A stretch of 64,000 bases of DNA from Chiloscyllium plagiosum (lineage: Eukaryota), in NCBI RefSeq assembly GCF_004010195.1, contig NC_057718.1:44802143-44866142 (forward strand), in the 5' to 3' direction. Of the stretch, positions 24,136 to 37,837 are shown one piece after another (within the stretch, counting starts at the first letter, position 1; each line of letters starts with the position of its first letter). The position numbers and the translations under genes were made by a program. The notes below the pieces were generated by a model. The model saw only the letters and a list, made by a program, of their open reading frames with translations. It was not told the DNA's origin and ran no database searches.

Positions 24136-24440
24136 TTAGATTAGATTAGATTAGATTCCATACAGTGTGGAAACAGGCCCTCCTGCCCAACAAGTCCACA
24201 CCGACCCTCCGAAGAGTAACCCACCCAGACCCATTTACCTCAGATTAATGCACCTAACACCATAGTCAATTTAGCATGGCCAATTCACCTGACCTGCACA
24301 TCTTTGGACCGTGGAAAGAAACCCGAGCACCCAGAGGAAACCCACGCAGACACAGGGAGAATGTGCAAACTCCACACAGACAGTTGCCCGAGGCTGGATT
24401 CGAAACTGAGACCCTGGTGCTATGAGGCTGTTAGTGAACC
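24136..24440 (-). mobile_element. HE1/V-SINE-like tRNA-derived SINE
   Basis: (TCTAA)n tail seen as ttaga repeats; central gtgtggagtttgcacattctccc V-domain; B-box-like head. Confidence 0.9.
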
Positions 24441-27023
24441 ATCTTTGATTATTTGAGCACTTCTGCATTGCTATAACTAGCTTTATTACAACTACGCAAT
24501 GAGTTGCACTTTCTTTCTGTATTGAAATCTCCAGGAGGGCATAAAATACTCCAACTATCTTCAGTAGTAAGTTATATAAATATGCAAATCCAAATTTAAC
24601 ACGTATTGTTTAAAAAAATCAATTTTGTTGAACTATTTCATCTTGTATTAATCAAGACAATTCGCAAAAATATCAATGTGCAAAGGGAAAAGTGCATTTA
24701 TACAAAATGAGGGCAGAGTGTTTGGAAGGGAATCTGATTGCCAAAGATGTTCCCCTGGAGAGTGCACCAGTTACATGATTACTGACAGTTAACTACCAAG
24801 CTTTGTTTAAGTTTTAAAACAAAGGTTGTCCCGAGTTGGCCAAGGCACTTCCCTGAGAAAGTAACCAAAGACAGATTGTCAACTACTTTGTTGATTTGAA
24901 AGAGGAACAGTGTGTGCAAATATTCTGTCTGCAAAATTCAGGACATTGAAATCATATTTGTAGCTTCAGTAAGTACATGAACAAATTATGTTTTGTTGTC
25001 ACTGGTACTCTATTATGAGCAACACAGTAAAATACAGTGAAAAGCTTCAACTATCACCACAATCCAGTACCATTTTGAATAGTTTATGAATAAAAGATAT
25101 AGCTGAAAGAGAGTCCATCTTCACTCCACCAGAGCAGGCTGATCAATGACATCTGCACCGCCACTTCTCCTCCATCTGCACCAGACCCACCAAAGTTGGA
25201 GTCACTGCTCTTCATGCACCAGCTCCTGATTGATGGACCCACCTCGCTAATGCCAAGTTCCGTGCTGCACCCACAAGCAGGAGTCCCCTCCTGTGCTTGT
25301 GTCACTGCCTCGCTGATAACCAGGAGTCCCCGCTCCAGGCCCACTGCAACCAGGAGTCCCTGGCTCTGTTGCTGCTGCCACAACAATGCCTGGTGTCCCT
25401 GCTCCAGGTCTACCAAACCACTGCCACTTCAGCCACCGCCTTGCCAATGCCTGGAGTCCCCGCTTTGGGCTTACCACAACAAGGAGTCTGTGGTCGCACT
25501 GGCAGGCCAGGCTGCAGCCTTACCAAGAGTCCTGTTCCAGCTGCCCTCCTCCACAATGTCACCTTCTCTGCTGCCTCCGATAGGAAGAATATGAAGAAGA
25601 AGGAAAAGAAAGAAGATAAAGATGGTAAAGAAAGAAGGAAGGAAGCGTCCAGTCTGGAGTGGATGGTCCCAGGAGCCTGTTACCTGCCAACCTTGCTGGC
25701 ATCTCTATCTTGGAAAGGACAAGTGTGCCACACTGATAGCCTGATGAGCAATCCTAAATTGTTTGTCAATCTAACTCTTTATATGTTCAGGATTATTTAG
25801 CAAATGCTGCGCAATCGTCAAATAATATCTAATGTTGAACAATTTAAGTATTGAAAATGCAACTGGTTGGTTACCAGTTTTCTAGCTGTTGCATTCTCCA
25901 AGATAAAGCTTCTACAAATCAGAGTCCACTTGCCAACTAATCAGCACTCTCCTTCTGACAGCACTCCCATACAGTAAAATGTTACTTCCCCATTACATTG
26001 ATATTCTTGTGAACTGTCCTGATGATTGCAAGATAAAACACTTTGACAAAATGTGGTAATTTTTCAGCATTACTCAAGTTTTATCCTACCAAAGGAAGCT
26101 TTGTACACATACCATTTCTTGTTTTTACATTCAATGTTCCCTCTATGAAGCTCAAAATATGTTTGCCTTTTACAGACATTTATGTACCTTCCTGGCTGAT
26201 GCCATTTTTCTACTCAACAATAATCTTATCATTTAAGATGTATCAATTCTACATTCTGTAATGCAGATCTTCATGCTGAACTGCTGTTGCTACCTAATTT
26301 CCACTCAGATAGCTTGTTTATATCTTCTATATTCTTCCTTACATTTTCCATGAATCCAAAATTGTACCATCAAACCGCCAGGTAAAACTATGTGCGGGAT
26401 GGAAAACCAAGTCATTTAATGCACTATATTCCATGCACAACATTTCTTCTGTTTTGTTACATTTCATCTAATATCACGTCACTTAAATGTATTTCTCGGA
26501 CACCTTGTCCAATGCATTCAAACAAATTTTAATTTAATCTTTTAAAGAATACCAGAAGTTTTACAATTGCCTCACTTTATATTACAATGAAGCACCAATG
26601 ATTCAAGTACGGAAATCTTCTGCATTAGCTTCTGAACAAAGAGAAAATTCACAGGGCAATGAGGTACCATATGAATCTGAGTCATCAATTTCATTCTGAT
26701 AATTTAGAAAATGAAAGTTCAGAAGTTTTCTTCAGGCTTTCCAACAGCAAAAAACAATTACATTAATTTCCCCTGTGTTAAAACTGGATGTGATTTTTCA
26801 CCAATTACCCCTTACATGAGAGCCGAAAAAGTTGCATTTGTGAGAGATACTGTTTCATTTTTGGCATTAGGTCATCTGAGTAGGCACAGGAAAGATAATT
26901 TTTTCATTTAGTAAAGTTATTATGTTTTCTAGTATTCTACCAGATAAAGAAGGTCTGTGGGAAATAAGCAAAAAGACAGTCAAGAAGCTGGAGGTGGCAA
27001 GGTCCTGGGAAAGGCTAACAGGA

Positions 27024-27189
27024 CTGAAAATGTGTTGCTGGAAAAGCGCAGCAGGTCAGGCAGCATCCAGGGAACAGGAGATTCGACGTTTCAGGCATAA
27101 GCCCTTAGATGCTGCCTGACCTGCTTCGCTTTTCCAGCAACACATTTTCAGCTCTGATCTCCAGCATCTGCAGACCTCACTTTCTCCTC
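27024..27189. mobile_element. Palindromic repeat family 1 with 14-bp TSD
   Basis: aaaggctaacagga at 27010-27023 and 27190-27203. Confidence 0.85.
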
Positions 27190-27619
27190 AAAGGCTAACA
27201 GGAAACTACATAGCAATTGCTGATCAGAAAAATACCAAGGTCTATGTAGTTTGCCTTATATAATACTGATCTCTAAATATGGTTGCTCTCTAATCGTGGC
27301 AATCTATGAGAATTAATTATTCCACAACAATCTTAGATGTTAGGCAAGATTCAATACTGTCCATCTCTGCACCTATCATTGTCATCTGGGCCCAATCATT
27401 TGCAGGAAATGTCACGCAGCGATCGTATAGCAATGGCAAAGCCTCCCTTGATTAAGCTGGAGGACAGAGGGGCTCACTCAGAATTCCAGGCAATTGGCCA
27501 CAGGATGTTAAATAGGCTCATGACATTCATCATTCTGTGAAGGGTTTAGCCAGCAACTTTCTGGCACATTGTGTCTGATTGAAGGGCACATTGGGAAAGG
27601 ATGGTGTGCCTTTGCCTCC

Positions 27620-28740
27620 GACAGCACAGAAGGAAGCCAATCAACCCATATATGTCAACCAAGGTCTGATTGCAATAATTCAATTTTCCAGCTCTTTGTC
27701 CATAACTGTGAAAGTTAAGCAATGCAAATGATCATCTAAATTCTGCTTAAATGTTAAAACTTTCTGAATCAACCACCCAATCTGGCAGTGAACTCAAGAT
27801 TCCAAACGTGTTTTGGGTACAAAAGAAACTTCTTAATTCCCCTTTTAGCATTTTACCTCTTACCTTAAATCTATGGCAAAAGTGAGGACTGCAGATGCTG
27901 GAGATCAGAGTCGATAGTTTTGTGCTGGAAAAGCACAGCAGGCCAGGCAGCATCCGAAGAGCAAGAGAATCCGTTCCATCCTCCCCTCCAACTTATCACC
28001 TTCTCCCCCACCTTCATCTATGTATTGCATGCCCAGCTACCTTCCCCCCAGCTCCATCCCCTTCTATTTGTCTCTCAGCTCCCTCCTCACCCCCCCCCCC
28101 GCCGTGCACAAGCCTCATTCCTGATGAAGGGCTGATGGCCGAAATGTTGATTTTCCTGTTCCTCGGATGCTGCCTGACCTGCTATGCTTTTCCAGCACCA
28201 TACTCTCACCTTAGATCTATGGCCCCTGGTCATTCTCCCCTCTACTAATTCTCCTGCCTCAGCAACATTCTGGTAAACTACCTCTGCACCCTCTTGTGCA
28301 ATCGCATCTTCCTCATACTCAGTTGTGGCCTAATTAGCATTTATACAATTCCAATGCGACTTCCCTACTCCTGTATTCCATGCCTCAAAAAAAATTAATA
28401 TTCCATACAACTTCCAATTGCCTTATTTACCTGCTCTGTTACCTTCAGTGATCACACCATTGCAGTTGAAGTTCAAATCATTAATGTACACCACAAACAG
28501 CTTAGGCTCAGCACCATTTCCTGTGGAACCCCACTGGAAACAAAAACATTCTCTAACATCACTCTCTGCTTCCTGCTCAAAGCCAAACTGGATCCAATTT
28601 TCCACTTTGCCCTTGCTCTTATAGACTCTTATTTACTTGACCAGTCAACGATGACTGACCTTATCTAAAGCCTTTCGAAGTTCCATGTAGACCACATCAA
28701 ATGAATTAACCTCATTAATTCCCCTGGTTACCTCCTCACT
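27620..28740 (-). mobile_element. Old CR1 fragment carrying a Penelope-derived insert at 27878-28207
   Basis: Minus-strand CR1 remnants (cagtggggttccacagga, tttcgaaaggc); insert bounded by accttaaatctatggc / accttagatctatggc. Confidence 0.7.
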
Positions 28741-30929
28741 GCTCCCAAGTCCCAAACAGGTCCATCACCTGCCTATCTGATTCTGGGACCTCTCCTCTCT
28801 CACTACTCCTTTTAACCTCATTGCCAGTGCTCCCGAATCACACAGAGGCCACTAATTTCTCTGCATCTGGGTCCTCACCTCACCAGCTCCACTCCCACTT
28901 CCATTGGGAACATTGCTGTCAGCTGCCACTGTTCCCCCAGATGCTGGTGACAAAAAGAAGTTACTGATTAGTCATTCTTAAAGGCAGAACTTTCACCACC
29001 TAATACTCCAACTGAGGGAAAGGCCTAACTGACCTCTTAATTACCTGAAGGTGTCTCCACCTTGGAGTTGATAGTGGTTCCCTGCCTGTTCTCCAATTAT
29101 TGGGTGAGACCCCTTTTGCCCAACAGAACACCCTAGGTAAGGAAAACCTGCCAATGTTAGAAAGTTTTGGAAACAATAGGTTCAAAATCATATTTACCTA
29201 CCAAACATGCTCCACTCAGCCTTAGAATGTGTTTCATGTAATGTTTTCCAAAATAGTACATTCCAGAAGGAGAATGCTTAATTTGCACTTCAGTGCATCA
29301 ATATTATTGACGTCCATTGTCTTCCTAGTGAACGTTATTAACAGATATTCAAGTCTCCCACTAACGTAATGTTTTCGCAAGTTAATTTTTAATATACTTC
29401 CTTTCAAGCACAAGTTGTTTTTCTAATTCTAATAAACTGGACAAAATAATAGCTTGCTATAATATATATTACCTGCCTCCTTAGAATCCTAAAAATAGCC
29501 ATCTTTTTGCATCTCTTTGTGAGTAAGAATGTGCCCAATTTATGGAATTGGTCTTGATAATCCAATTGATTACTAAAATCTCTCCTCTGTGAATAAATAT
29601 TGACTTTCTGCAATCTTCAGTTGCTTCTCCAATATTCATCTTCAGGATATTATTCAAATTTATCTACTCATTCTTTGAGAATATTTAAAGGCACCTTAAT
29701 CATCCTCTGAGATTTGTTTGCCTAAAAGTTTTATAACTGATTTGTAACCATGTTCGACATAACATACTTTGGGCAGAATGTCATAGGGTCTGAGCAAGAT
29801 GGCTGTTGCGGGGGGTATGGCAGAATCAGGTAACTCTTGATGTTAGGAGCAACTCATGCCATCTTTAATGCTTTTTGTAAGTAATGTGTGTAAGTTGGTC
29901 ACTAGGCAGCAATAATTTGCCAATTCAATTGCTAAGTGTTTTATTGCTACCCCAATTCAACTTGTTGATATTCAACTTTCGATCATACCAAACACAATAT
30001 ACAAGCTCAAAGTTGATAAAACCAGACATGGAAACATGAGTGGGAACCCAACAAATTCAGCTCGCCACATTCCCTGAATGATCTGCATTTGGGTACGACC
30101 ATAGTGCATTTCAGAGTATAATCCATGGACAGCAGCTGCACTGAGGCCTCATCCATGGACAATGACATCAGGCATCAGCCAACTCCTCATAGCCATCATG
30201 GCTCCTCTCCAATAAACTTCAGTGAGCGCTGGAAGTACCCACTTGCATTACAGAGTGCACAGGCTAAATTGAAAGGTTACAGCAGGAACACTTTACTCAC
30301 GTAGACAACACCCAGCTTACAGATTGGACCAAGCTATACCTTAGGGCTGCTCACCTGCTCTCTGGAACACCCTGGCATCGTGAGTTGGGGAACAGTGAGT
30401 CACCATATTAGGCATGCTCACTTTCTATTCCAGGGGTTGGGTGGGAAAAGAAGGACAGGAGTATTGCTCACACATCCATGTACCATACAAGATATTGTTG
30501 TAGGGTTTTCATTCCCTGTCCACCTTCATACATTGTCACCTCATGCTTTGCATACCTCCCCCAAGCCACAAAAACTACCAAGCATTTTGTTGACAGCTTG
30601 ATTTTGGGGCACAGAGACCTTGAAACAATATACATTTTGCATTAGATGGGATAAAGCTTTTTGCATGACCCAATGCCATGTTTTTATATAGATCATCTTG
30701 CATGAACATGATATAGTAAGCAGTCAACAAAACACTTTATCCTTGGAATCTTGTCTGTGACTGGAAATTCCCACAATGTCATTTGGCCCTATACAAAGAG
30801 ACAAAATACTGGGTGTGTGGGTAAAGCATATACATTTGTACAAAAGCTCAGGATCAACTACCATTGTCACATGTGCCACTTAAATATCCTGATTAAATCT
30901 TCCTGCTCTCCTTCCCATTACCTCATAAT

Positions 30930-32560
30930 TACCACAGCTTGGTAGAGGAGCTTATTGGCCCTACAGTTTGCATCAAGTGAACTGGAGATGCTTGTGTCAG
31001 GGAAGTCTTCTTGCCAGAGGCACGTTGATCCTCATCAGTGTGAACTTCCAAGGATCGGAGGAGATCAGGCAGGATGAAGATGGAGGAGCTAGCCATTTCT
31101 GACGTGTGCTGAAATGACAGTTCTGTGGGGGCTGGGTGTGGTTCCTCCTGCAGTTGGGTGACTCCTGGCACCACCCTGTCTCTTTGTGAGGGTGGGGCGC
31201 CTGTTCCCATTACCCTGTCACCATGCCTTTGGCCCAGAGGCCCATGTTTGAGATCATGGAACGCAGTTGTGTGCACCTCTCCAGCAGCCTTTGAGGGAGT
31301 TGGACCTGGCTCTCGAGGGCAGCTCCCACCCTGTCTAAGGAGACACCAGACAGTTGTGTGAATCAATGCATACTGTAGCTTTTGGGAACAGGGGCCTTTG
31401 CCTCTCAAATACCAGTCAGTCACAGCTGTCCCTCCATGTGCAGATGGATGAAGTACCTGACTATCGACACTAGGAGGCTCTCTCCTCTTCTCCGGCAGCC
31501 CTTCAAGTGCTAGCGCCTGGGTTGTTTGTTCCACGACTAGTTGTGGAACTGTCGCATTAAAGTGCGCATTATCTTAGTCAAAGAGTCATAGAGATGTACA
31601 GCATGGAAACAGACCTTTGGTCCAACCCAACTAGATATCCTAACCTAATCTAGTCCCACCTGCCAGCACCTGGCCCATATCTTTCCAAACCCTTCCTATT
31701 CATACACCCATCCAGATGCCTTTTAAATATTGTAATTGTACTAGCCTCCACCACTTACTCTGGCAGCTCATTCCATACATGCACCACCCTCTGTGTGAAA
31801 AAGTTGCCACTTTGGTCCCTTTCTTATTTTGCCTCTCTCACCCTAATCATATGCCCTCTAGTTCTGGCCTCTCCCACTCCATGGAAAAGACCTTGTCAAT
31901 TTACCCTATCCATGTCCCTCATGATATTATAAACCTCTATAAAGTCACCCCTCAGCCTCTGATGTGCCAGGGAAAACAGCCCCAGCAGGAAGAAGTGTTG
32001 TGTAATCAATGAGATTGACAGCAGGGTTTATGGGAGTTGTTGTGAAATAGTGGTGCTTACTTGGTTGGTGGAATATGGATGACTCGGCATCACCAGAGGA
32101 ACAGTCCAATCTTCTCCTGCAAGGGCAAGGATTCTCTATCCGTTGGGTTGTGGAACTGAACGTTGAGTATCCCCCATCTTTATGGGCTGACTCTGCCCTG
32201 TAATGTGGATTGTTTTCTTGTTCTGACAGAAAGGGAAAAATTAAATAAGATGAAAGTGGGAGGTTTGGATGTAAATGCTGGTGAAGTTGATAGAAAGCTG
32301 GCGATATATTAAAAGGGTGTGAGGAGGGCAGCAGAGAAGATCACTGACCTTCCTTTGACACTGCCTTTCTACACCATGGAGACAGCACTGACCTGGGGGT
32401 GACTTCAGATTAAGTTGGCAGTGTAGCCTCCTCTGGCAGTCCTCCTGAAAGAAGACTCCTTCCTTTTGCCCAACCCCATTCTGTAAGAACTCCAGGTTCG
32501 GTCGGAAAATACTGGTGCCATTTTTCCCCTCTCTGCCATGTTCAATTTCTGTCCATCGAT
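30930..32560 (-). mobile_element. Harbinger Myb/SANT-like accessory gene fossil; element may span ~29771-32810
   Basis: MAERGKMAPVFSD / LEFLQNGVGQKEGVFF / QCQRKVSDLL (32559-32330), then an acceptor-like tract near 32225 and RILALAGED; resembles Myb/SANT-like Harbinger ORF2; frameshifted. Confidence 0.65.
31581..31985 (-). mobile_element. CR1 3' fragment nested in the Harbinger fossil
   Basis: Near-identical to 492-900 region. Confidence 0.9.
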
Positions 32561-33684
32561 GAGCAGGGCAGCTTTGAATTGCTAGTGCATGTTCTGGTAC
32601 ATTGCAACCTTTAAAAGATGGCGTAGACATTAGGGATACAGAGTTTTTGGCAGTTATCCAATGATTAGCAAGCTGTTCAGGCGCTTAGGAGCTTGGGAGC
32701 ATAATCAGACATGAGAAATGTTATTGAGGCATGGTAGGTAATTTATGCAGCTCTTTTGGGAAAATACAGAGAGAAATCTCTTTCAACCTCACAGTGAAAA
32801 TCCCTCCTAAAAACATAACAACACTTGGACTTAACCAAGCAAAGTTAAGTTAAAAGTCCCACATCACCAGGTTATAGTTCAACAGGTTTATTTGGAAGTA
32901 CTAGCTTTCGGAGCACTACCTGATGAAGGAGCAGCGTTCCGAAAGCTACTACTTCCAAATAAACCTGCTGGACTATAACCTGGTCCTGTGCGATTTTTAA
33001 CTTTGTCCACCCCAGTCCAACACCTGCTCCACGACATCAAAAAAATTTAAGATTCAGCACAGTGTATGAAAACTTTTTCTGCATATGTTATTTCCCATTC
33101 TAAATCAAATATGCATCTGTACCTATCCCCAAGAAAATCAATGAAGGTTTGCTACAGGCAAGTCATGTGAACTGGAGTAAATGTTTAAATAATGTACCAG
33201 AGATTGCTGACATATCTGAAGAGGTAGATTAAAAATATCTACAATTCTAAAAGGGGTTGAGGAGCAGAGAAAGAGATATGATGGGTGGGAAGGAAGGACA
33301 CACAAATCATTGAATGTTGCACTCCAGGCTGAGAAAGTGTTTAATAAAGTATGAAAAATTTATGCTTTGTTAATAGAGGCATAGAGTGCAGAAACAAAGT
33401 TATCAGGTGAATTCAGTGACTAGAGTGTTTGGGAAAGCCGGTTCATTCTGCTTAAAGGACAGTAAATTTGATAGAAGTGTGCAAGTTAAGCATTGATAGA
33501 GAGAAGCTGTTTTCATTGACAGGCAGGTCAAGAACCAATGGGCATTAATTTAAGCTGAAAGACCTAAGAAATAAAGGCAAAAGGAAGAATTTTTTTTTAA
33601 GCTGCACGTGGTTAGGGTCTGGCAAGTACGACTCAAGAATGCAGTGTATGCAAATTTAATTCTGGCTTTCAGTAGGCAATTAGG

Positions 33685-36600
33685 ACATAGAACATAGAAC
33701 ACTGCAGCGGAGTATAGGCCCTTTGGCCCTCAATCTTGGGCCACCCTGTGAAACCAGTCTGAAGCCCATCTAGCCTACACTATTCAAATCTTGTCCATAT
33801 GTCTATCCAATGACCATTTAAATGCTCTTAAAGTTGGCGAGTCTACTACTGTTGCAGACAGTGTGTTCCATGTCCCCACTACTCTCTGAGTAAAGAAACT
33901 ATCTCTGACATCTGTCTTATATCTATCATCCATCAATTTAAGGCTACGTCCCCTCATACTAGCCATCACCATGCAAGGAAAAAGGCTCTCACTGTCCAAC
34001 CTATCTAACCCTCTGATTATCTTATATGTCTCAATTAAGTCACCTCTCAACCTTCTTCTCTCTAACGAAAATAGCCTCTAGTCCCTCAGTTGTTCCCTGT
34101 ATGACATTCCCTCCAAACCAGGCAACATCCTAGTAAATATCCTCTGAACACTTTTCAAAGCTTCCACATCCTTCCTATAATGTGGTGACCAGAACTGTAC
34201 GCAATACTCCAAGTGTGGCTGCACCAGGGTTTTATATAGCTGCAGCATGACCTCATGATTCCGAAACTCAATCCCTCTACTAATAAAAGCTAACACACCG
34301 TATGCCTTCTTAACAACCCTATCAACCTGGGTGGCAACTTTCAAGGATCTATGAACCTAGACATTGAGATCTCTCTGCTCATCTACACTATCAGGAATCT
34401 TACCATTCGCCCAATACTCTTTATTCCTGTTACTCCTTCCAAAATTAATTACCTCACACTTTTCTGCATAAACTCCATTTGACACCTCTCAGTCCAGCTC
34501 TGCAGCTTATCTATGCCCCTCTGTAACCTACAACATCCTACTGCACTATCCACAACTCTACTGACCTTAGTGTCATCCGCAAATTTACTAACCCGTCCTT
34601 CTATGCCCTCATCCTGTTCATTTATATAAATGACAAACAGTAGTGGCCCCAAAACATATCCTTGTGGTACACCACTAGTAACTGAACTCTAGGATGAACA
34701 GTTCTAATCAACCATCCCTCTCTGTCTTCTTTCAGCTAGCCAATTTCTGAACCAAACCGCTAAATTACCTTTAATCCCATGCCTCTGTATTTTGTGCAAT
34801 AGCCTACCATAGGAAACTTATCAAAAGCCTTACTGAAATCCATATACACCACATCAACTACTTTACCCTCATCCACCTGTTTGCTCACCTTCTCAAAGAA
34901 CTCAATAAACTTTGTGAGGCACAACCTACACTTCACAAATCCGTTTTGACCATCCCTAATCAACTTATTCCTCTCTAGATGATTATAATTCCTATTGCTT
35001 ATAACCCTTTCCAAAACTTTACCCACAACTGAAGTAAGGCTCACTGGTTTATAATTTCTAGGGTTATCTCTACTGTCCTTCTTAAACAAGGGAACAGCAT
35101 TTGCTATCCTCCAGTCTTCTGGCACTATTCCTGTCGCCAATGACGACATAAGATCAAAGCCAAAAACTTGGCAATCTCCTCCCTGGCTTCCCAGAGAATT
35201 CCAGGATAAATCCCATCCAGCCCAGGGAACTTATCTATTTTTACACTTTCCAGAATTGCAGACACCTCCTCCTTCTGAACCTTAATCCTATCTAGTCTAG
35301 TAGCTTGTACTTCAGTATTCATCTCAACCACTTTGTCTTTTTCTAGTGTGGATACGAACAAAAAATATTCATTTAGCGCCTTTCATATCTCCTCTGATTT
35401 CACACACAACTTTCCACTACTCTCCTTGATCGGCCCTAATCTTATTCTAGTCATTCTTTTATTCCTGATATACCTATAAAAAGCCTTAGGGTTTTCCTTG
35501 ATCCTATCCGTCAATGACTTCTCATGTCCCCTCCTGGCTCTTCTTAGCTCTCTCTTTAGGTCTTTCCTGGCTAACTTGTAACTCTCAAGCATCTGAAATG
35601 AGCCATCACATCTCATCCTAACATAAACCTTCTTCTTCCTCTTAACAAGAGATTCAACTTCCTGAGTTCCTCGCTCGACAACTTCCTCCTTGCCTGACTG
35701 ATACATACTTATCAAGGACACACAGTAGGTGTTCCTTGGATAAGCTCCACATTTCAATTGTGCCAATCCCCTGCAGTTTTCTTTCCCATCCGATGCATCC
35801 TAGATCTTGCCTAATCGCGTTGTAATTGCCTTTACCCCAGCTATATCTCTTGTCCTGCGGTATATACCTATCCCTTTCCGTCGCTAAAGCAAACATAACC
35901 GAATTGTGGTCACTATCACAAAAGGGCTCACCTACCTCCAAATCTAACACCTGGCTGGGTCCATTATCCATTACCAAATGTAATGTGGCCTCGCCCCATG
36001 TTGGCCTGTCTAAATACTGTGTGAGAAAACACTCCTGCATGCACTGGACAAAAACTGACCCATCTAATGTATTGAACTATAGTATTCCCAGTCAACATTT
36101 GGAAAGTTACAGACCCCATAACAACTACCCTGTCACTCTCACTCCTTTCGAGGACCATCTTTGCTCTCCTGATCGCTACATCTTTGGAACTATTCAGAGG
36201 CCTGCAGAAAACTCCCAACAGGGTAACCTCTCCTCTCTTGTTTCTAATCTCAGCCCATACTACCTCAGTAGATAGGTTCTCAAACATCCTTTCTGCAATG
36301 TAATACTGTCGTGGACTAACAATGCTACACTAACCCTCTTTTAGCATTGACTCCATTCTTACTAAAACATCTAAATTCTGGAACCTGCAATAACCATTCC
36401 TGTCCCTGGTCTATCCATGTCTCTGAAATTACTAGAACATTGAAATCCCAGGTACCAAGCCACGCTGCAAGTTCACCCACGTTATTCTGGATGCTCCTGG
36501 CACTGAAGTAGACACGCTTCAAACCAAATTCTTACTTTCCAGTGCCTTCTTGCGGCCTTGAAACTTTATTTCTGACCTCACTACTCTCAGCCTCCTGTAT

Positions 36601-37837
36601 AATTGAACTACAATTAAGGTTCCCATCTCCCTACTGAATTAGTTTATACCCTCCCGAAAAGCATTAGCAAATATCCCCCCGCCACAATATTGGTACCCCT
36701 CTGGTTCAGGTGTTGACCATTCTGTTTATGGAGGTCTCACCTACCACAGATAGAGCCCCAATTATCCAGGAGTCCAAAACCCTCCCTCCTGCACTAGCCC
36801 TGTAGCAACGTGTTCAACTCCTCTCTCTCCCTATTTCTCACCTGCTAGCATGCAGCACGGTCAACAAACCAGTTTGTTCTAGCTCTAAGCTTCCACCCTA
36901 GCTCCCTGAATTTCTGCCTTAAATCCCCATACCTATGTCGTTGGTGCCTATGTGGACACGACTTAGGGCTGCTCCCCCTCCCCCTCAAGGTTCCTGAAAA
37001 CACGATCAGAGATGTCATGAACCCTGGCACCTGGAAGACAACACATCAATGGTGAGTCTCTCTTGTTCCCACAGAACCTCCTATCTGTTCTTCTATCTAT
37101 GGAGTCCCCAGTGACTAATGCTCTGCTCCTCTTCCCCCTTCCCTTCTGAGCAGCAGGGACAGACTCTGTGCCAGAGACCTATACCCCATGGCTTACCCCA
37201 ACAATATCCAAAACATAATACTTGTTGTTGAGGGAATGACCACAGGGGATCCCTGCACTGCCTGCAGGTTCCATTTCCGTACCCTAACTGTAACTCATCT
37301 ATCTTTTACTTTTATCTGAGGAGTGATTACCTCCCTATAACTCCTCTCAATAACCCCCTCTGCCACCCAACTGACCTGAAGTTCATCCAGCTCCAGCTCC
37401 CATTCTCTAACACAGTTTTTGAAGAGCTGGAGTTCGGTGCATTTCCTGCAGATGCAGTCAGCAGGGACACTCATGGTGACCCTTACCTCCCACAATCCAC
37501 AAGAGGAACATTCAACCTCTATTCCCACTGTTCTAAAAAAACCAATTAGACTACTGAGAAACTAAAAAAAATAAACTAGTCACCTTACCAATCCGGTGCA
37601 CAGAACATTTTTTTTGGTTAAAGGAGGAGGACGGGTGGAATACACTATCCAAGTAGTGTCTCGGGTAAAGCAACCACCCAAATATAAAGCCTCACTTATC
37701 CAGCAGACCCGTGTCCGCTTCTGCTCAATGTGTGCTCCACTGACACACGAGTTAAGCTTTTATATATTTTAAATTTACCTTCCCATCAGGCCTCTGGTTC
37801 TCGCTGTTGCTCCTCCCACTCCAACTACCACTGAGAA
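33685..37837 (-). mobile_element. Near-full-length CR1 LINE, inactive, same subfamily as 12065-16150, inserted in an older CR1 (33225-33684 + 37838-37965)
   Basis: ORF1 VECSSCGLWEV..CICRKC; ORF2 SDHN, YKPVSLTSVVGKVLE, DFSKAFDK, FADDTK, LEYCVQFWSP; (catagaa)n tail at 33685. Confidence 0.95.
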
